Shown here: positions 1-8,129 of the stretch, piece by piece
How the letters are laid out: each line of letters starts with the position of its first letter
Position numbering within the stretch: position 1 is the first letter of the stretch
Origin: Bacteroidales bacterium
Lineage (GTDB): Bacteria; Bacteroidota; Bacteroidia; Bacteroidales; UBA1556
Reading direction: 5' to 3'
Assembly: GCA_029935325.1 (NCBI GenBank)
Contig: JAOZKO010000001.1
Span: 1 to 34,243 of the forward strand
DNA: 34,243 bases
The notes under the pieces: generated by a model
Seen by the model: the letters and a program-made list of their open reading frames with translations, nothing else
What the model was told of the DNA's origin: nothing
The model's database searches: none
Position numbers and translations under genes: made by a program

Positions 1-1327
1 CAGCCACTGCACTACCAATTACTCCAGATACGTTAGGAGCCATGGCATGCATAAGCAGGTGATTATTGGGGTCATATTTTAATCCTTCGGTTTGTACTAC
101 CCTAGCACTATCGGGTACTGCAGAAACTCCTGCTGCTCCCACAAGCGGATTGATTTTATTATCACCTTTTAAGAAAAGATTCATAACCTTAGCAAATAAA
201 ATGCCTCCTGCGGTGGCAACAATAAAGCTTGCTGCTCCGAGTCCAAAAATCATCAAGGAAGTATCCTTTAAAAACACGGTTGCCTGAGTTGATGCACCAA
301 CAGTTACTCCTAGTAATATTGTCACTATATCAATCATTGATGTGCGAGCAGTTTCTGCCAATCGCTTAGTAACACCACTCTCCTTTAGTAAATTGCCAAA
401 AAACAGCATTCCTAAGAGAGGAATAGAACTTGGTGAAATAAACGCTGTAAGTAGAAAACCGATAATAGGAAAAAGTATTTTCTCGAATCTAGGAACTACT
501 CTTGGTGGCTTCATTCGTATAATACGCTCCTTGCTATTAGTTAAAAGTCGCATAATAGGAGGCTGAATAACAGGAACTAAAGCCATATACGAATATGCAG
601 CGATGGCAATAGGGCCAATTAGGTTTTTTACTTGTACTCCATCATAAAAATTAATTCCATTGGCAAGTTTCGAGGATAGGAATATCGCTGTAGGACCATC
701 GGCACCACCAATAATTCCAATTGCTCCTGCTTCGGGAGGAAGAAAACCCATGGCAAGAGAACCCAAGAAAGTAATAAAGATACCGATTTGAGCCGCTGCT
801 CCTAGGAGCATTAGTTTAGGGTTAGAAATAAGAGAGGAGAAATCGGTCATGGCACCAATACCAAGGAAAATTAATGGAGGATAAATTCCTAATGTTACTC
901 CTTTGTATAAGTAATTCATTACACTGCCTTGCTCATAAATTCCTAATTGTAATCCAGCACCTTCAAGAAAAGGGATATTACCAATTAGAACTCCAAATCC
1001 TATGGGAATAAGCAGTAGAGGTTCGTAATCGTATTTTATGGCTAGAAAGATAAAAAACAATCCCACGAGAATCATAACTAGGTGTCCCCATGTTGCATTG
1101 GTAAAACCCGAATAATCAAAAAACTGATTAACACCATCGAAATTAATTCCATCTGCTTCGCTAGATTCAATAGAATTGGGTGTAGTTTCATGCGTATTAA
1201 TAGTAGTTTCAGTTTTGGAAAGTTTGCTATCCTTGCTTTGAATATCAGAAAGACCAAAACTTTGCGAAACAATAGCAATAATGGCTAGAGCCACAAATAT
1301 GGTCATTAATTTTCTCCAGTATTTCAT
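1..1327 (-). CDS. mmdB: Sodium ion-translocating decarboxylase beta subunit (OadB/MmdB/GcdB family); C-terminus cut by window edge
   Basis: Absent from the ORF track because the frame runs off the window. Hand translation of the minus strand from ATG 1327-1325 gives MKYWRKLMTIFVALAIIAIVSQSFG...LAIKYDYEPLLLLIPIGFG. Mid-gene (661-721) reads IGIIGGADGPTAIFLSSKLA and the edge (2-52) reads MHAMAPNVSGVIGSAVA, all in one frame and typical of the OadB family. Only these stretches were translated by hand. It is the last gene of the decarboxylase operon, 18 bp after the biotin carrier gene. Confidence 0.85.
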   Translation of the reverse strand, partial: MKYWRKLMTIFVALAIIAIVSQSFGLSDIQSKDSKLSKTETTINTHETTPNSIESSEADGINFDGVNQFFDYSGFTNATWGHLVMILVGLFFIFLAIKYDYEPLLLIPIGFGVLIGNIPFLEGAGLQLGIYEQGSVMNYLYKGVTLGIYPPLIFLGIGAMTDFSSLISNPKLMLLGAAAQIGIFITFLGSLAMGFLPPEAGAIGIIGGADGPTAIFLSSKLANGINFYDGVQVKNLIGPIAIAAYSYMALVPVIQPPIMRLLTNSKERIIRMKPPRVVPRFEKILFPIIGFLLTAFISPSSIPLLGMLFFGNLLKESGVTKRLAETARTSMIDIVTILLGVTVGASTQATVFLKDTSLMIFGLGAASFIVATAGGILFAKVMNLFLKGDNKINPLVGAAGVSAVPDSARVVQTEGLKYDPNNHLLMHAMAPNVSGVIGSAVA

Positions 1328-1345
1328 GTGTATATGGCTTTAAAA

Positions 1346-1765
1346 TTACAAACTTATTTCAATCAAAACAGTATCCTGCAATACAGCATCGCCAGTGTTT
1401 ACAAGGATTTTAGTGACCTTGCCACTTTTTTCGGAAAGAATTACATTTTCCATCTTCATAGCTTCATACATCAATAGGTTATCGCCTATATTTACCTGAT
1501 CACCAACATTAACCGATATATTCATAATATTACCAGGAAGAGGGCATTTTACTAGATAATTACTTGTTTGCTCTTTCTTTTGTATGGTTTTATGAGTTTG
1601 TACAGCAGCTCGTACTAAAGTTGGTGTTTTCTTTACCTGAATTTCATGCTCTAGTTCAACACTATATTGTGAGCCATTAATTTCGATATCAACAATATTT
1701 CTATTTTGATTTAAAACCTCCACATCGTATTTATGCCCACGTATTTTAAAACTGAATTTCTTCAT
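1346..1765 (-). CDS. Biotin carboxyl carrier subunit of the decarboxylase (biotinyl domain protein, MmdC-like)
   Basis: 139-aa ORF. The C-terminal biotinyl domain carries the biotinylation motif EAMKM (LLMYEAMKMENVILS). Operon position is between the OadG-like and beta subunit genes. Confidence 0.85.
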   Translation of the reverse strand: MKKFSFKIRGHKYDVEVLNQNRNIVDIEINGSQYSVELEHEIQVKKTPTLVRAAVQTHKTIQKKEQTSNYLVKCPLPGNIMNISVNVGDQVNIGDNLLMYEAMKMENVILSEKSGKVTKILVNTGDAVLQDTVLIEISL

Positions 1766-1798
1766 AATTCTATATCTTTTTGTGTTTAGATAAAAACA

Positions 1799-2146
1799 CT
1801 ATTTTCTATAATTATTCATACTATATATCTTGGAATTCCAAGGAGAATATCGCTTTGATATTTTCTTAATTGTAATTGTGCCGCTTTCCAAGTCGTGATG
1901 TTCGCTAAGGATATAATATATTGCAGTAGCTATAGCGGCACTTTCGTCTCCACTAAGATCTAATGTATTTGTCTCAGCACATTTCTTTCCTTCTTTTTTA
2001 AGCTGCTGTCGCGTATATGCATTTAGTAATTTTGGCACAAAAGAATAAACAGCAAATAGAAATGTCAATGCTGACAATACAATTAGGTAGCCTACTATGC
2101 TTACCATTATTCCATATTCCATATTCGACAATAAAAATATTTTCAT
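1799..2146 (-). CDS. Small membrane-anchored decarboxylase subunit (OadG-like / MmdD-like)
   Basis: 115-aa ORF with one N-terminal hydrophobic helix (GIMVSIVGYLIVLSALTFLFAVY). Size and position (12 bp after the carboxyltransferase gene, 33 bp before the biotin carrier) match the small anchor subunit of Na+-decarboxylases. No strong sequence motif, and the start codon is uncertain (M1 or M9). Confidence 0.5.
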   Translation of the reverse strand: MKIFLLSNMEYGIMVSIVGYLIVLSALTFLFAVYSFVPKLLNAYTRQQLKKEGKKCAETNTLDLSGDESAAIATAIYYILSEHHDLESGTITIKKISKRYSPWNSKIYSMNNYRK

Positions 2147-2158
2147 GATAATAAATAT

Positions 2159-3715
2159 TTATAAAGGTATATTTGAATGTTTTTTAGGAGGATTTGTATC
2201 CTTCTTGCCTGCCAAAGTTTTTAAAGCTCTAATAATTCTAAAACGAGTATTACGAGGTTCAATAACGTCATCAATATAGCCGTACTTAGCAGCTTCATAA
2301 GGATTTGCGAACTTGTCGTTATACTCTTTTTCTTTTTCAGCAATATATGCTTGTGCTTCCTCTGCGGTCATTTTACTAATACTTCTTGCTTCAAGCACTT
2401 CAACTGCTCCTTTGGATCCCATTACGGCAATTTCAGCAGTTGGCCATGCATAGTTTATATCACCACGCAATTGCTTTGAACTCATAACATCGTGAGCACC
2501 ACCATAGGATTTACGTAGAGTGATTGTAACTTTTGGCACTGTTGCCTCTCCATATGCAAACATTAATTTTGCTCCATGAGTAATTATTCCACCATGCTCT
2601 TGCTTGCTGCCAGGCAAAAATCCGGGAACATCAACTAATGTAACAATAGGAACATTAAATGCATCGCAGAATCGAACAAACCTTGCCGCTTTTCTAGAAG
2701 CATCAATATCTAATACTCCTGCTAAATAGTTTGGTTGGTTTGCAACAATTCCCACTGGCATTCCATGAAATTTGGCAAAACCAGTAACAATATTCTTGGC
2801 ATAATGGCGCTGAAACTCAAAGAATTCCTGCTTATCAACGATAGTATAAATAATGTTCTTGATATCATAAGCCTCAGCTTTGTTCTCAGGAATAACATCA
2901 TTTAGTACATCATCAATTCTATCGATAGGGTCAGTACAAACTGTTTGTATAGGGTCTTCTAAATTATTCTGTGGTAGAAATTCTAATGTTTTTCTTATTA
3001 GCATTAAACCTTCATCTTCGTCATCAGCCCTAAAATGTGCAACACCAGATTTACTAGCATGAACATTGGCTCCACCAAGCTCTTCGGTTTCAATAATCTC
3101 ACCTGTTACAGTTTTTACAACCTTAGGACCAGTTACAAACATATAGCTAGTTTTATCGCTCATAATTACCACATCAGTAAGGGCTGGGGAATAAACTGCC
3201 CCTCCAGCACAAGGTCCAAAAATAGCTGAGATTTGAGGAACGACTCCTGAGGCCATGATATTCCTTTGGAAAATCTCGGCATAACCTGCCAAGCTATTTA
3301 CTCCTTCCTGAATTCTTGCCCCTCCGCTATCGTTGATGCCAATAATTGGAGCGCCAACCTTCATCGCCATATCCATTACTTTGCATATTTTCTGAGCAAA
3401 GGTCTCACTTAATGATCCACCAAAAACAGTAAAATCTTGTGAGTAGATAAAAACAATCCTTCCGTCAATTGTTCCATGACCAGTAATAACACCATCTCCA
3501 GCATAATGTGTTTTATCGATACCAAAATTAGTGCTACGATGTTCCACAAACATATCAAATTCCTCGAAACTACCTTCGTCAAGCAGCATATCAATACGTT
3601 CTCTTGCAGTGTATTTCCCTTTTTTATGTTGTGATTCAATGCGCTTTTCGCCACCACCTAGTTGAGCCTCTTTACGACGGTCAATAAGATTATTAACTTT
3701 TTCTTGATTTTTCAT
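2159..3715 (-). CDS. mmdA: Methylmalonyl-CoA carboxyltransferase (acyl-CoA carboxylase beta-type; decarboxylase alpha subunit)
   Basis: 518-aa ORF with long stretches typical of the propionyl-CoA carboxylase beta / 12S carboxyltransferase family ([69 protein letters not shown]). Confidence 0.9.
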   Translation of the reverse strand: MKNQEKVNNLIDRRKEAQLGGGEKRIESQHKKGKYTARERIDMLLDEGSFEEFDMFVEHRSTNFGIDKTHYAGDGVITGHGTIDGRIVFIYSQDFTVFGGSLSETFAQKICKVMDMAMKVGAPIIGINDSGGARIQEGVNSLAGYAEIFQRNIMASGVVPQISAIFGPCAGGAVYSPALTDVVIMSDKTSYMFVTGPKVVKTVTGEIIETEELGGANVHASKSGVAHFRADDEDEGLMLIRKTLEFLPQNNLEDPIQTVCTDPIDRIDDVLNDVIPENKAEAYDIKNIIYTIVDKQEFFEFQRHYAKNIVTGFAKFHGMPVGIVANQPNYLAGVLDIDASRKAARFVRFCDAFNVPIVTLVDVPGFLPGSKQEHGGIITHGAKLMFAYGEATVPKVTITLRKSYGGAHDVMSSKQLRGDINYAWPTAEIAVMGSKGAVEVLEARSISKMTAEEAQAYIAEKEKEYNDKFANPYEAAKYGYIDDVIEPRNTRFRIIRALKTLAGKKDTNPPKKHSNIPL

Positions 3716-3781
3716 ATAATTCGTTATTTCAATAACAATTGTATTGTAAAAAAAAGAGAATTTGAAATCCCCTTCAATATT

Positions 3782-4183
3782 TTATTTGCTACAAATTTCT
3801 GTTAAAACACCTCCAGTAGATTTAGGGTGAAGGAAACCTATTTTAAGGCCTTCAGCGCCTTGTCTGCTTTGCTTATCAATTAGTCGAATGCCTTTAGCTT
3901 CAATATCTTTCAGTGCATTATCGGCATTATCAACAGCAAAAGCAATATGGTGCATTCCTGGTCCTTTTTTTTCTACAAATTTTCCAATAGGGCCATCGCT
4001 ATCAGTAGATTCTAATAATTCAATTTTAGTATCTCCAACTTGAAAAAAAGCTGTTTTTACTTTCTGATCTTTTACCTCCTCTATAGCATAGCACTCGAGC
4101 CCTAATACGTTTTCGTAATAGGCAATACTTTCCTCAAGATTACTAACGGCTATGCCGATATGTTCAATATGTGTTGGTTTCAT
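3782..4183 (-). CDS. mce: Methylmalonyl-CoA epimerase (VOC/glyoxalase fold)
   Basis: The track ORF starts at TTG 4219. The in-frame ATG at 4183 (MKPTHIEHIGIAVSNLEESIAYYENVLG...) gives the usual ~133-aa epimerase with IEHIGIAV and GMHHIAF metal-binding segments. It sits directly upstream of the carboxyltransferase gene. A TACTTTTG box at 4224-4217 fits the shorter start. Confidence 0.8.
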   Translation of the reverse strand: MKPTHIEHIGIAVSNLEESIAYYENVLGLECYAIEEVKDQKVKTAFFQVGDTKIELLESTDSDGPIGKFVEKKGPGMHHIAFAVDNADNALKDIEAKGIRLIDKQSRQGAEGLKIGFLHPKSTGGVLTEICSK

Positions 4184-4216
4184 AAGTTTAGAATTTTGGC
4201 TGACTTTATTGAGCCA

Positions 4217-4224
4217 CAAAAGTA
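4217..4224 (-). promoter_or_regulatory. Candidate Bacteroidota -7 promoter box (TACTTTTG) for the mce-mmd operon
   Basis: Plus strand caaaagta is TACTTTTG on the minus strand. It matches TAnnTTTG and lies 34 bp upstream of ATG 4183. Confidence 0.4.
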
Positions 4225-4352
4225 ATTAGCTTTTCTTGTTTTGCCAATAAATTTGCATATCAATTTATAGTAATGCGCATGATACTTGTCAATTATTTTA
4301 TAAGAACATAAATATTTAATTATTTTATCATAAAACATAGCAATAAATGAAA

Positions 4353-4360
4353 TAATTTTG
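4353..4360 (+). promoter_or_regulatory. Candidate -7 promoter box (TAATTTTG) for the PorW/SprE-like gene
   Basis: Matches TAnnTTTG and lies 49 bp upstream of the in-frame TTG at 4409. It overlaps the TTG that the ORF track used as start. Confidence 0.35.
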
Positions 4361-4408
4361 TCTTTTATCTGTTTATTGATAACAATAACTTTAGAATTCG
4401 TTAAACTG

Positions 4409-7069
4409 TTGAAAATACGCAACATACATATATTAGTGTTTTTGGGAATCATGATGATTTTCCTTGGTAATTCCTGTTCTACAAAAAAGAACAAATGGAA
4501 TCGTAGGGTTTATCATAATCTTACTGGTCATTATAATGCTTATTTTAATGGAAGTGAGTCGCTTAAGGCAGCAGTGAAAAATATCGCCCTTGACCATCAT
4601 GATGACTATACTGAAATACTGCAAGTTTTTCCGTTGGGAACATCAGAAAGTGTAATGACAGAAACCACTGGATTGGATCGTACGATCATGAAAGCTTCCA
4701 TAGTGGTACATAAACATAGTATGTATTTTGGCAAGAAAGAGCATGTACAATGGGTATATTATAGCTACCTAATGATGGGTAAGGCTAGGTTTTATAAACA
4801 TGAATATGGTACAGCAAAGCAGATTTTTAAATATGTTGTAAATAAATATCCGAAGGAAAATGTAAAGCAAGATGCACAAATGTGGATTGCTTTAATTGAA
4901 AGTATTCAAGGAAATTACGAGAATGCAATTTCGCAGCTAGATGCAATAAATAGGAAAGTAAGTAGCGGCGCAGTTAGCAAGGAATCCTTCAGAATGATTC
5001 CTTTGGTATATGCTGATGTTTATTTGCGCCAAGGAAATTATGAGGCTGCAATTCCATACCTTAAGAAGGGTATTGATAGAGCTAAGAAAAAGAAAGAGAA
5101 AGCTCGATTACTTTTTATTTTAGGTCAATTAGAGCAAGATCAGGCCAAGTTTAAGCCAGCCATACAGCATTACCTAATGGTTTTGAAGAAGAATCCAACA
5201 TATGAAATGGATTTTAATGCCAGAATGAATATGGCAAAATGTTATGATGGTGGCGACTCAAGAGTAGTTATTAAGCAGCTTAATAAAATGCTTAAGGATA
5301 TTAAAAATGAAGAATATCAAGATCAGATATATTATGTGCTAGCTGAAATAGCATTGAAAGAGAAGAAAGAACCTTTAGCAATAGAATATCTTGAGAAGTC
5401 GGTATTATTAAGCGTAAGTAATAATAAACAAAAAGCTTTTAGTGCATTAAAATTGGCTGAAATATATTTCGATAATGAGAAATATACTAGCGCACAGTCT
5501 TATTACGATAGCACAATGCTATTCTTGCCTAAAGACTATCCTGATTATGATAAACTGGATTATAGAAAGAAAGTTCTCACTGACTTGGTAAGTAATCTTA
5601 TTATAATTCAAACAGAGGATAGCTTACAAGCATTAGCAAATATGTCCGAAAGCAAAAGAAATAAGCTTATTGATGGGTTTATTGCAGCGGAGATTGAAGC
5701 AGAGCGAAAGCGTGCTGAAGAGGAGCAGGACCGACTAGCAACTTTGCAGTTTATGCAAGAAAATAGGATGAATAATCCTAAGGAGATGCAATCAGTAACT
5801 CAGAAAGGAAAAGCTTCTTGGTATTTTTATAATCCCAGTTCTGTGAGCTCTGGCTTTTCGGAGTTCTCTGCTAAGTGGGGAAGTAGGAAGTTAGTTGATA
5901 ATTGGCGTTTGAGTGATAAAACAGTTATTTCCTTCGATGACGAAAGTGAAGGCGATGAGGCAGATACAACAGAGGCAGGGTTGAAATCAAAAGTAACTAG
6001 CAATAAAAAAAGCCGAGATTATTATTTAAAAGATATTCCATTAACGCAAGAGGCAATGGATACTTCCAATGTTTATATTGAGGATGCTTTGTTTGCTGTA
6101 GGAGTAATATATAAAGAGAAACTTTTGAATAACCCAAAAGCAACAGAAAGCTTTGATGAGCTTTTGCGCAGATTTCCTACTGGCGAATACACAGATCAGG
6201 CTTATTATAATCTATATCGTATATATATGGTTGAAGGGAATAAATCTGATGCGCGTTTCTATAAGAAAAAGCTAATAAAGGAATATCCAGAGAGTGATTA
6301 TGCGAAATTATTGCAGGATCCGGATTACTTTAAGAAACTTCAGAAAGAAGCTAATAAGGTAAAAGTATTATACAAAGAAACATATCAATTGTACTTAGCA
6401 AAGCAGTATTCAAAAGTACAGCAGAACTACTCTTTGGCTTTGAAAGATTATCCTGATAACAAAAGAGAACTATCAAAATTTGAAATGCTAAATGCTCTTT
6501 GCGTAGGAAGCACAAGAGATACTACAGCTTTTATTGCAGCTCTACAAAAAGTAGTAGATGATTATCCTGATAGTGATGTGAAACCCAAGGCGGTAGAAAT
6601 GATTGCACTTTTACAAACCAAGAGTAATATTACCAAAGGAAAAGGGAAAGAAGGTGGCGAAACGGGTGAAGTAGAGGAAGAAAAAGAAACTTCTATTTTT
6701 GTTTATAATGAAGAAGAGACCCATATGTTTCTTGTGCTAGCAGATAAACGAAATGTGAAAATCAGTGAACTTAAAAATAGAATCTCGGATCATAATTCTA
6801 CATATTTTGGCACTGAAAATCTTACAGTCTCAGCTATTCCTATTAATGCAAATATATTGCTAATAGGTGTGAGTAATTTTAAGAATGAGGCCGTTGCAAT
6901 GAACTATTTTAAAACAGCAAGACGTAATAGTTTACTTTATGTAATGCTAAAGAAAAATGGTGGCAACTATTTTATCATATCAGAAGGAAATTATTCCAGA
7001 CTATATAAGTCTAAAGACCTAGAAGGTTATAGGCAGTTCTATAGTCGGTATTATCCGGAGGGGAAGTAG
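4409..7069 (+). CDS. porW: TPR-repeat lipoprotein, PorW/SprE-like type IX secretion system component
   Basis: The ORF is open from 4358. A TTG at 4409 gives MKIRNIHILVFLGIMMIFLGNSC, a lipoprotein-type signal, followed by STKKNKWNRRVYHNLTGHYNAYFNG, an N-terminal signature I associate with PorW/SprE. About 850 aa of TPR-like helical repeats follow, and the ~885-aa size fits SprE. This is family recall only, with no search. Confidence 0.5.
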   Translation: MKIRNIHILVFLGIMMIFLGNSCSTKKNKWNRRVYHNLTGHYNAYFNGSESLKAAVKNIALDHHDDYTEILQVFPLGTSESVMTETTGLDRTIMKASIVVHKHSMYFGKKEHVQWVYYSYLMMGKARFYKHEYGTAKQIFKYVVNKYPKENVKQDAQMWIALIESIQGNYENAISQLDAINRKVSSGAVSKESFRMIPLVYADVYLRQGNYEAAIPYLKKGIDRAKKKKEKARLLFILGQLEQDQAKFKPAIQHYLMVLKKNPTYEMDFNARMNMAKCYDGGDSRVVIKQLNKMLKDIKNEEYQDQIYYVLAEIALKEKKEPLAIEYLEKSVLLSVSNNKQKAFSALKLAEIYFDNEKYTSAQSYYDSTMLFLPKDYPDYDKLDYRKKVLTDLVSNLIIIQTEDSLQALANMSESKRNKLIDGFIAAEIEAERKRAEEEQDRLATLQFMQENRMNNPKEMQSVTQKGKASWYFYNPSSVSSGFSEFSAKWGSRKLVDNWRLSDKTVISFDDESEGDEADTTEAGLKSKVTSNKKSRDYYLKDIPLTQEAMDTSNVYIEDALFAVGVIYKEKLLNNPKATESFDELLRRFPTGEYTDQAYYNLYRIYMVEGNKSDARFYKKKLIKEYPESDYAKLLQDPDYFKKLQKEANKVKVLYKETYQLYLAKQYSKVQQNYSLALKDYPDNKRELSKFEMLNALCVGSTRDTTAFIAALQKVVDDYPDSDVKPKAVEMIALLQTKSNITKGKGKEGGETGEVEEEKETSIFVYNEEETHMFLVLADKRNVKISELKNRISDHNSTYFGTENLTVSAIPINANILLIGVSNFKNEAVAMNYFKTARRNSLLYVMLKKNGGNYFIISEGNYSRLYKSKDLEGYRQFYSRYYPEGK

Positions 7070-7103
7070 AAGGAGAAAAGGGGAAAGGGAGAAAAGGAGA
7101 AGA
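7057..7103 (+). other. Polypurine tract spanning the PorW stop codon
   Basis: 47 nt with 46 purines (only T7067): ggaggggaagTagaaggagaaaaggggaaagggagaaaaggagaaga. It contains an imperfect mirror repeat centred near 7085 and several GGAG/AGGAG cores. Confidence 0.9.
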
Positions 7104-7172
7104 TGTGAATGGGGCGAATGAGCGAAAGCAAAGAGCGAAGCGACTTAGCGTACTTTGTATCCTATTTATTTT

Positions 7173-7195
7173 GCGATCTTTGCGTGAAATAAAAC
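7173..7195 (+). repeat. Short intergenic motif GCGATCTTTGCGTGAAATAAAAC (copy 1 of 2 in window)
   Basis: Near-identical to 29992-30014 (GCGTCTTTGCGAGAAACAAAAAC). Both copies are intergenic, on the same strand, and preceded by a second GCGT(A)CTT half-copy. Confidence 0.6.
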
Positions 7196-7288
7196 AAAAG
7201 GCTAAAGAAAAGCAACAAAACGTAGTTTGCATTTTTTTATCTTTCAATTTAATTTATTATTATTGCAAAACTATAAAACCAAAATATT

Positions 7289-8020
7289 GTGAACGATAGC
7301 ATAGTTATAATTCCGACCTTTAATGAAAAGGAAAACATTGAGGCAATAATCCGCAAGGTTTTTTCATTGAAAAAAGATTTTGATATCCTTGTGGTGGAGG
7401 ATAATTCCCCAGATGGTACAGCATCGATAATAAAAGGAATAATTCCAGAGTTTCCTGATAGACTACATATTGAGGAACGAAAGGGAAAGCTAGGCTTAGG
7501 CACAGCATATATTCATGGCTTTAAGTGGGCTCTGGAAAATGGCTATGATTATATCTTTGAAATGGATGCTGATTTCTCGCATAATCCTGAGGATCTTGAA
7601 AAGCTTTATGACGCAACTGCAGTTCAAGGAAATGATGTGGCAATTGGCTCACGTTATATTACTGGTGTAAATGTGGTTAATTGGCCAATGGGGCGTGTTC
7701 TTATGTCGTATTATGCCTCTGCCTATGTTCGTATTATAACCGGTATGAGCATTAGAGATACCACTGCTGGCTTTATGTGCTACCGCGCTGATGTTCTGAG
7801 AAATATAGGGCTTGAGAAAATTAAGTTTATTGGATATGCTTTTCAAATTGAAATGAAATATACCTCCGTTAAAATGGGTTATAAGGTTGTTGAAGTGCCA
7901 ATTATATTCACCGACCGTACCCTTGGAACAAGCAAAATGAGCGGTTCTATTTTTAAAGAAGCTATATTTGGTGTTATGAAATTGAGATTTAAGAAAATTC
8001 CTAAAAGACCAACTAACTAA
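7289..8020 (+). CDS. Family 2 glycosyltransferase, polyprenol-phosphate mannosyltransferase (Dpm1-like)
   Basis: 243-aa ORF with a GTG start. It shows IVIIPTFNEKENI, VVEDNSPDGT, LGLGTAYIHG and EMDADFSH (DxD region), typical of dolichyl/polyprenyl-phosphate mannose synthase-like GT2 enzymes. Confidence 0.8.
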   Translation: MNDSIVIIPTFNEKENIEAIIRKVFSLKKDFDILVVEDNSPDGTASIIKGIIPEFPDRLHIEERKGKLGLGTAYIHGFKWALENGYDYIFEMDADFSHNPEDLEKLYDATAVQGNDVAIGSRYITGVNVVNWPMGRVLMSYYASAYVRIITGMSIRDTTAGFMCYRADVLRNIGLEKIKFIGYAFQIEMKYTSVKMGYKVVEVPIIFTDRTLGTSKMSGSIFKEAIFGVMKLRFKKIPKRPTN

Positions 8021-8129
8021 TACTTGCCAGAAAACGCCAATTTCTGACTAAGCACTTTAAAACAGTAAGTTTTATTGCTGACACTAAAAAGTATTCGATT
8101 ATCTCATATACTATTAATATTCAATACAA

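Noticed and set aside
66-1288. Track ORFs 66..287(+), 342..566(+), 1082..1288(+) and 1078..1278(-)
   Set aside because: All lie inside the hand-recovered decarboxylase beta subunit gene (minus strand, other frame). Their products are low-complexity with no motifs, so they are shadow ORFs.
4180-4624. ORFs 4180..4494(-) 104 aa and 4433..4624(-) 63 aa
   Set aside because: They cover the AT-rich divergent promoter region and the antisense strand of the PorW-like gene. Their Ile/Lys/Asn/Phe-rich composition is typical of random AT-rich frames, with no motif or signal.
7095-7108. AAGGAGAAG-ATG-TGA, a Shine-Dalgarno-like core followed by a start-stop mini-ORF
   Set aside because: It is eye-catching but sits within a purine tract where such strings arise by composition. 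Bacteroidota make little use of SD-led initiation, and I have no way to support a function.
7060-7114. Possible G-quadruplex from four G3-4 runs (7060-7063, 7080-7083, 7087-7089, 7111-7114)
   Set aside because: Loops of 16 and 21 nt are too long for a stable canonical quadruplex. The mirror-repeat/triplex reading fits the sequence better.
7011-7299. ORFs 7011..7247(-) 78 aa and 7105..7299(+) 64 aa in the PorW/GT2 intergenic region
   Set aside because: The first is the pyrimidine-strand reading of the polypurine tract (SSPFLPFPFSPSTSPP). The second reads through the short repeat motif and overlaps the GT2 start. Both are best explained by non-coding sequence features.
8028-8046. Hairpin CAGAAA-N7-TTTCTG after the GT2 gene as a terminator
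   Set aside because: It has only a 6-bp AT-rich stem and no T tail, which is too weak to call.
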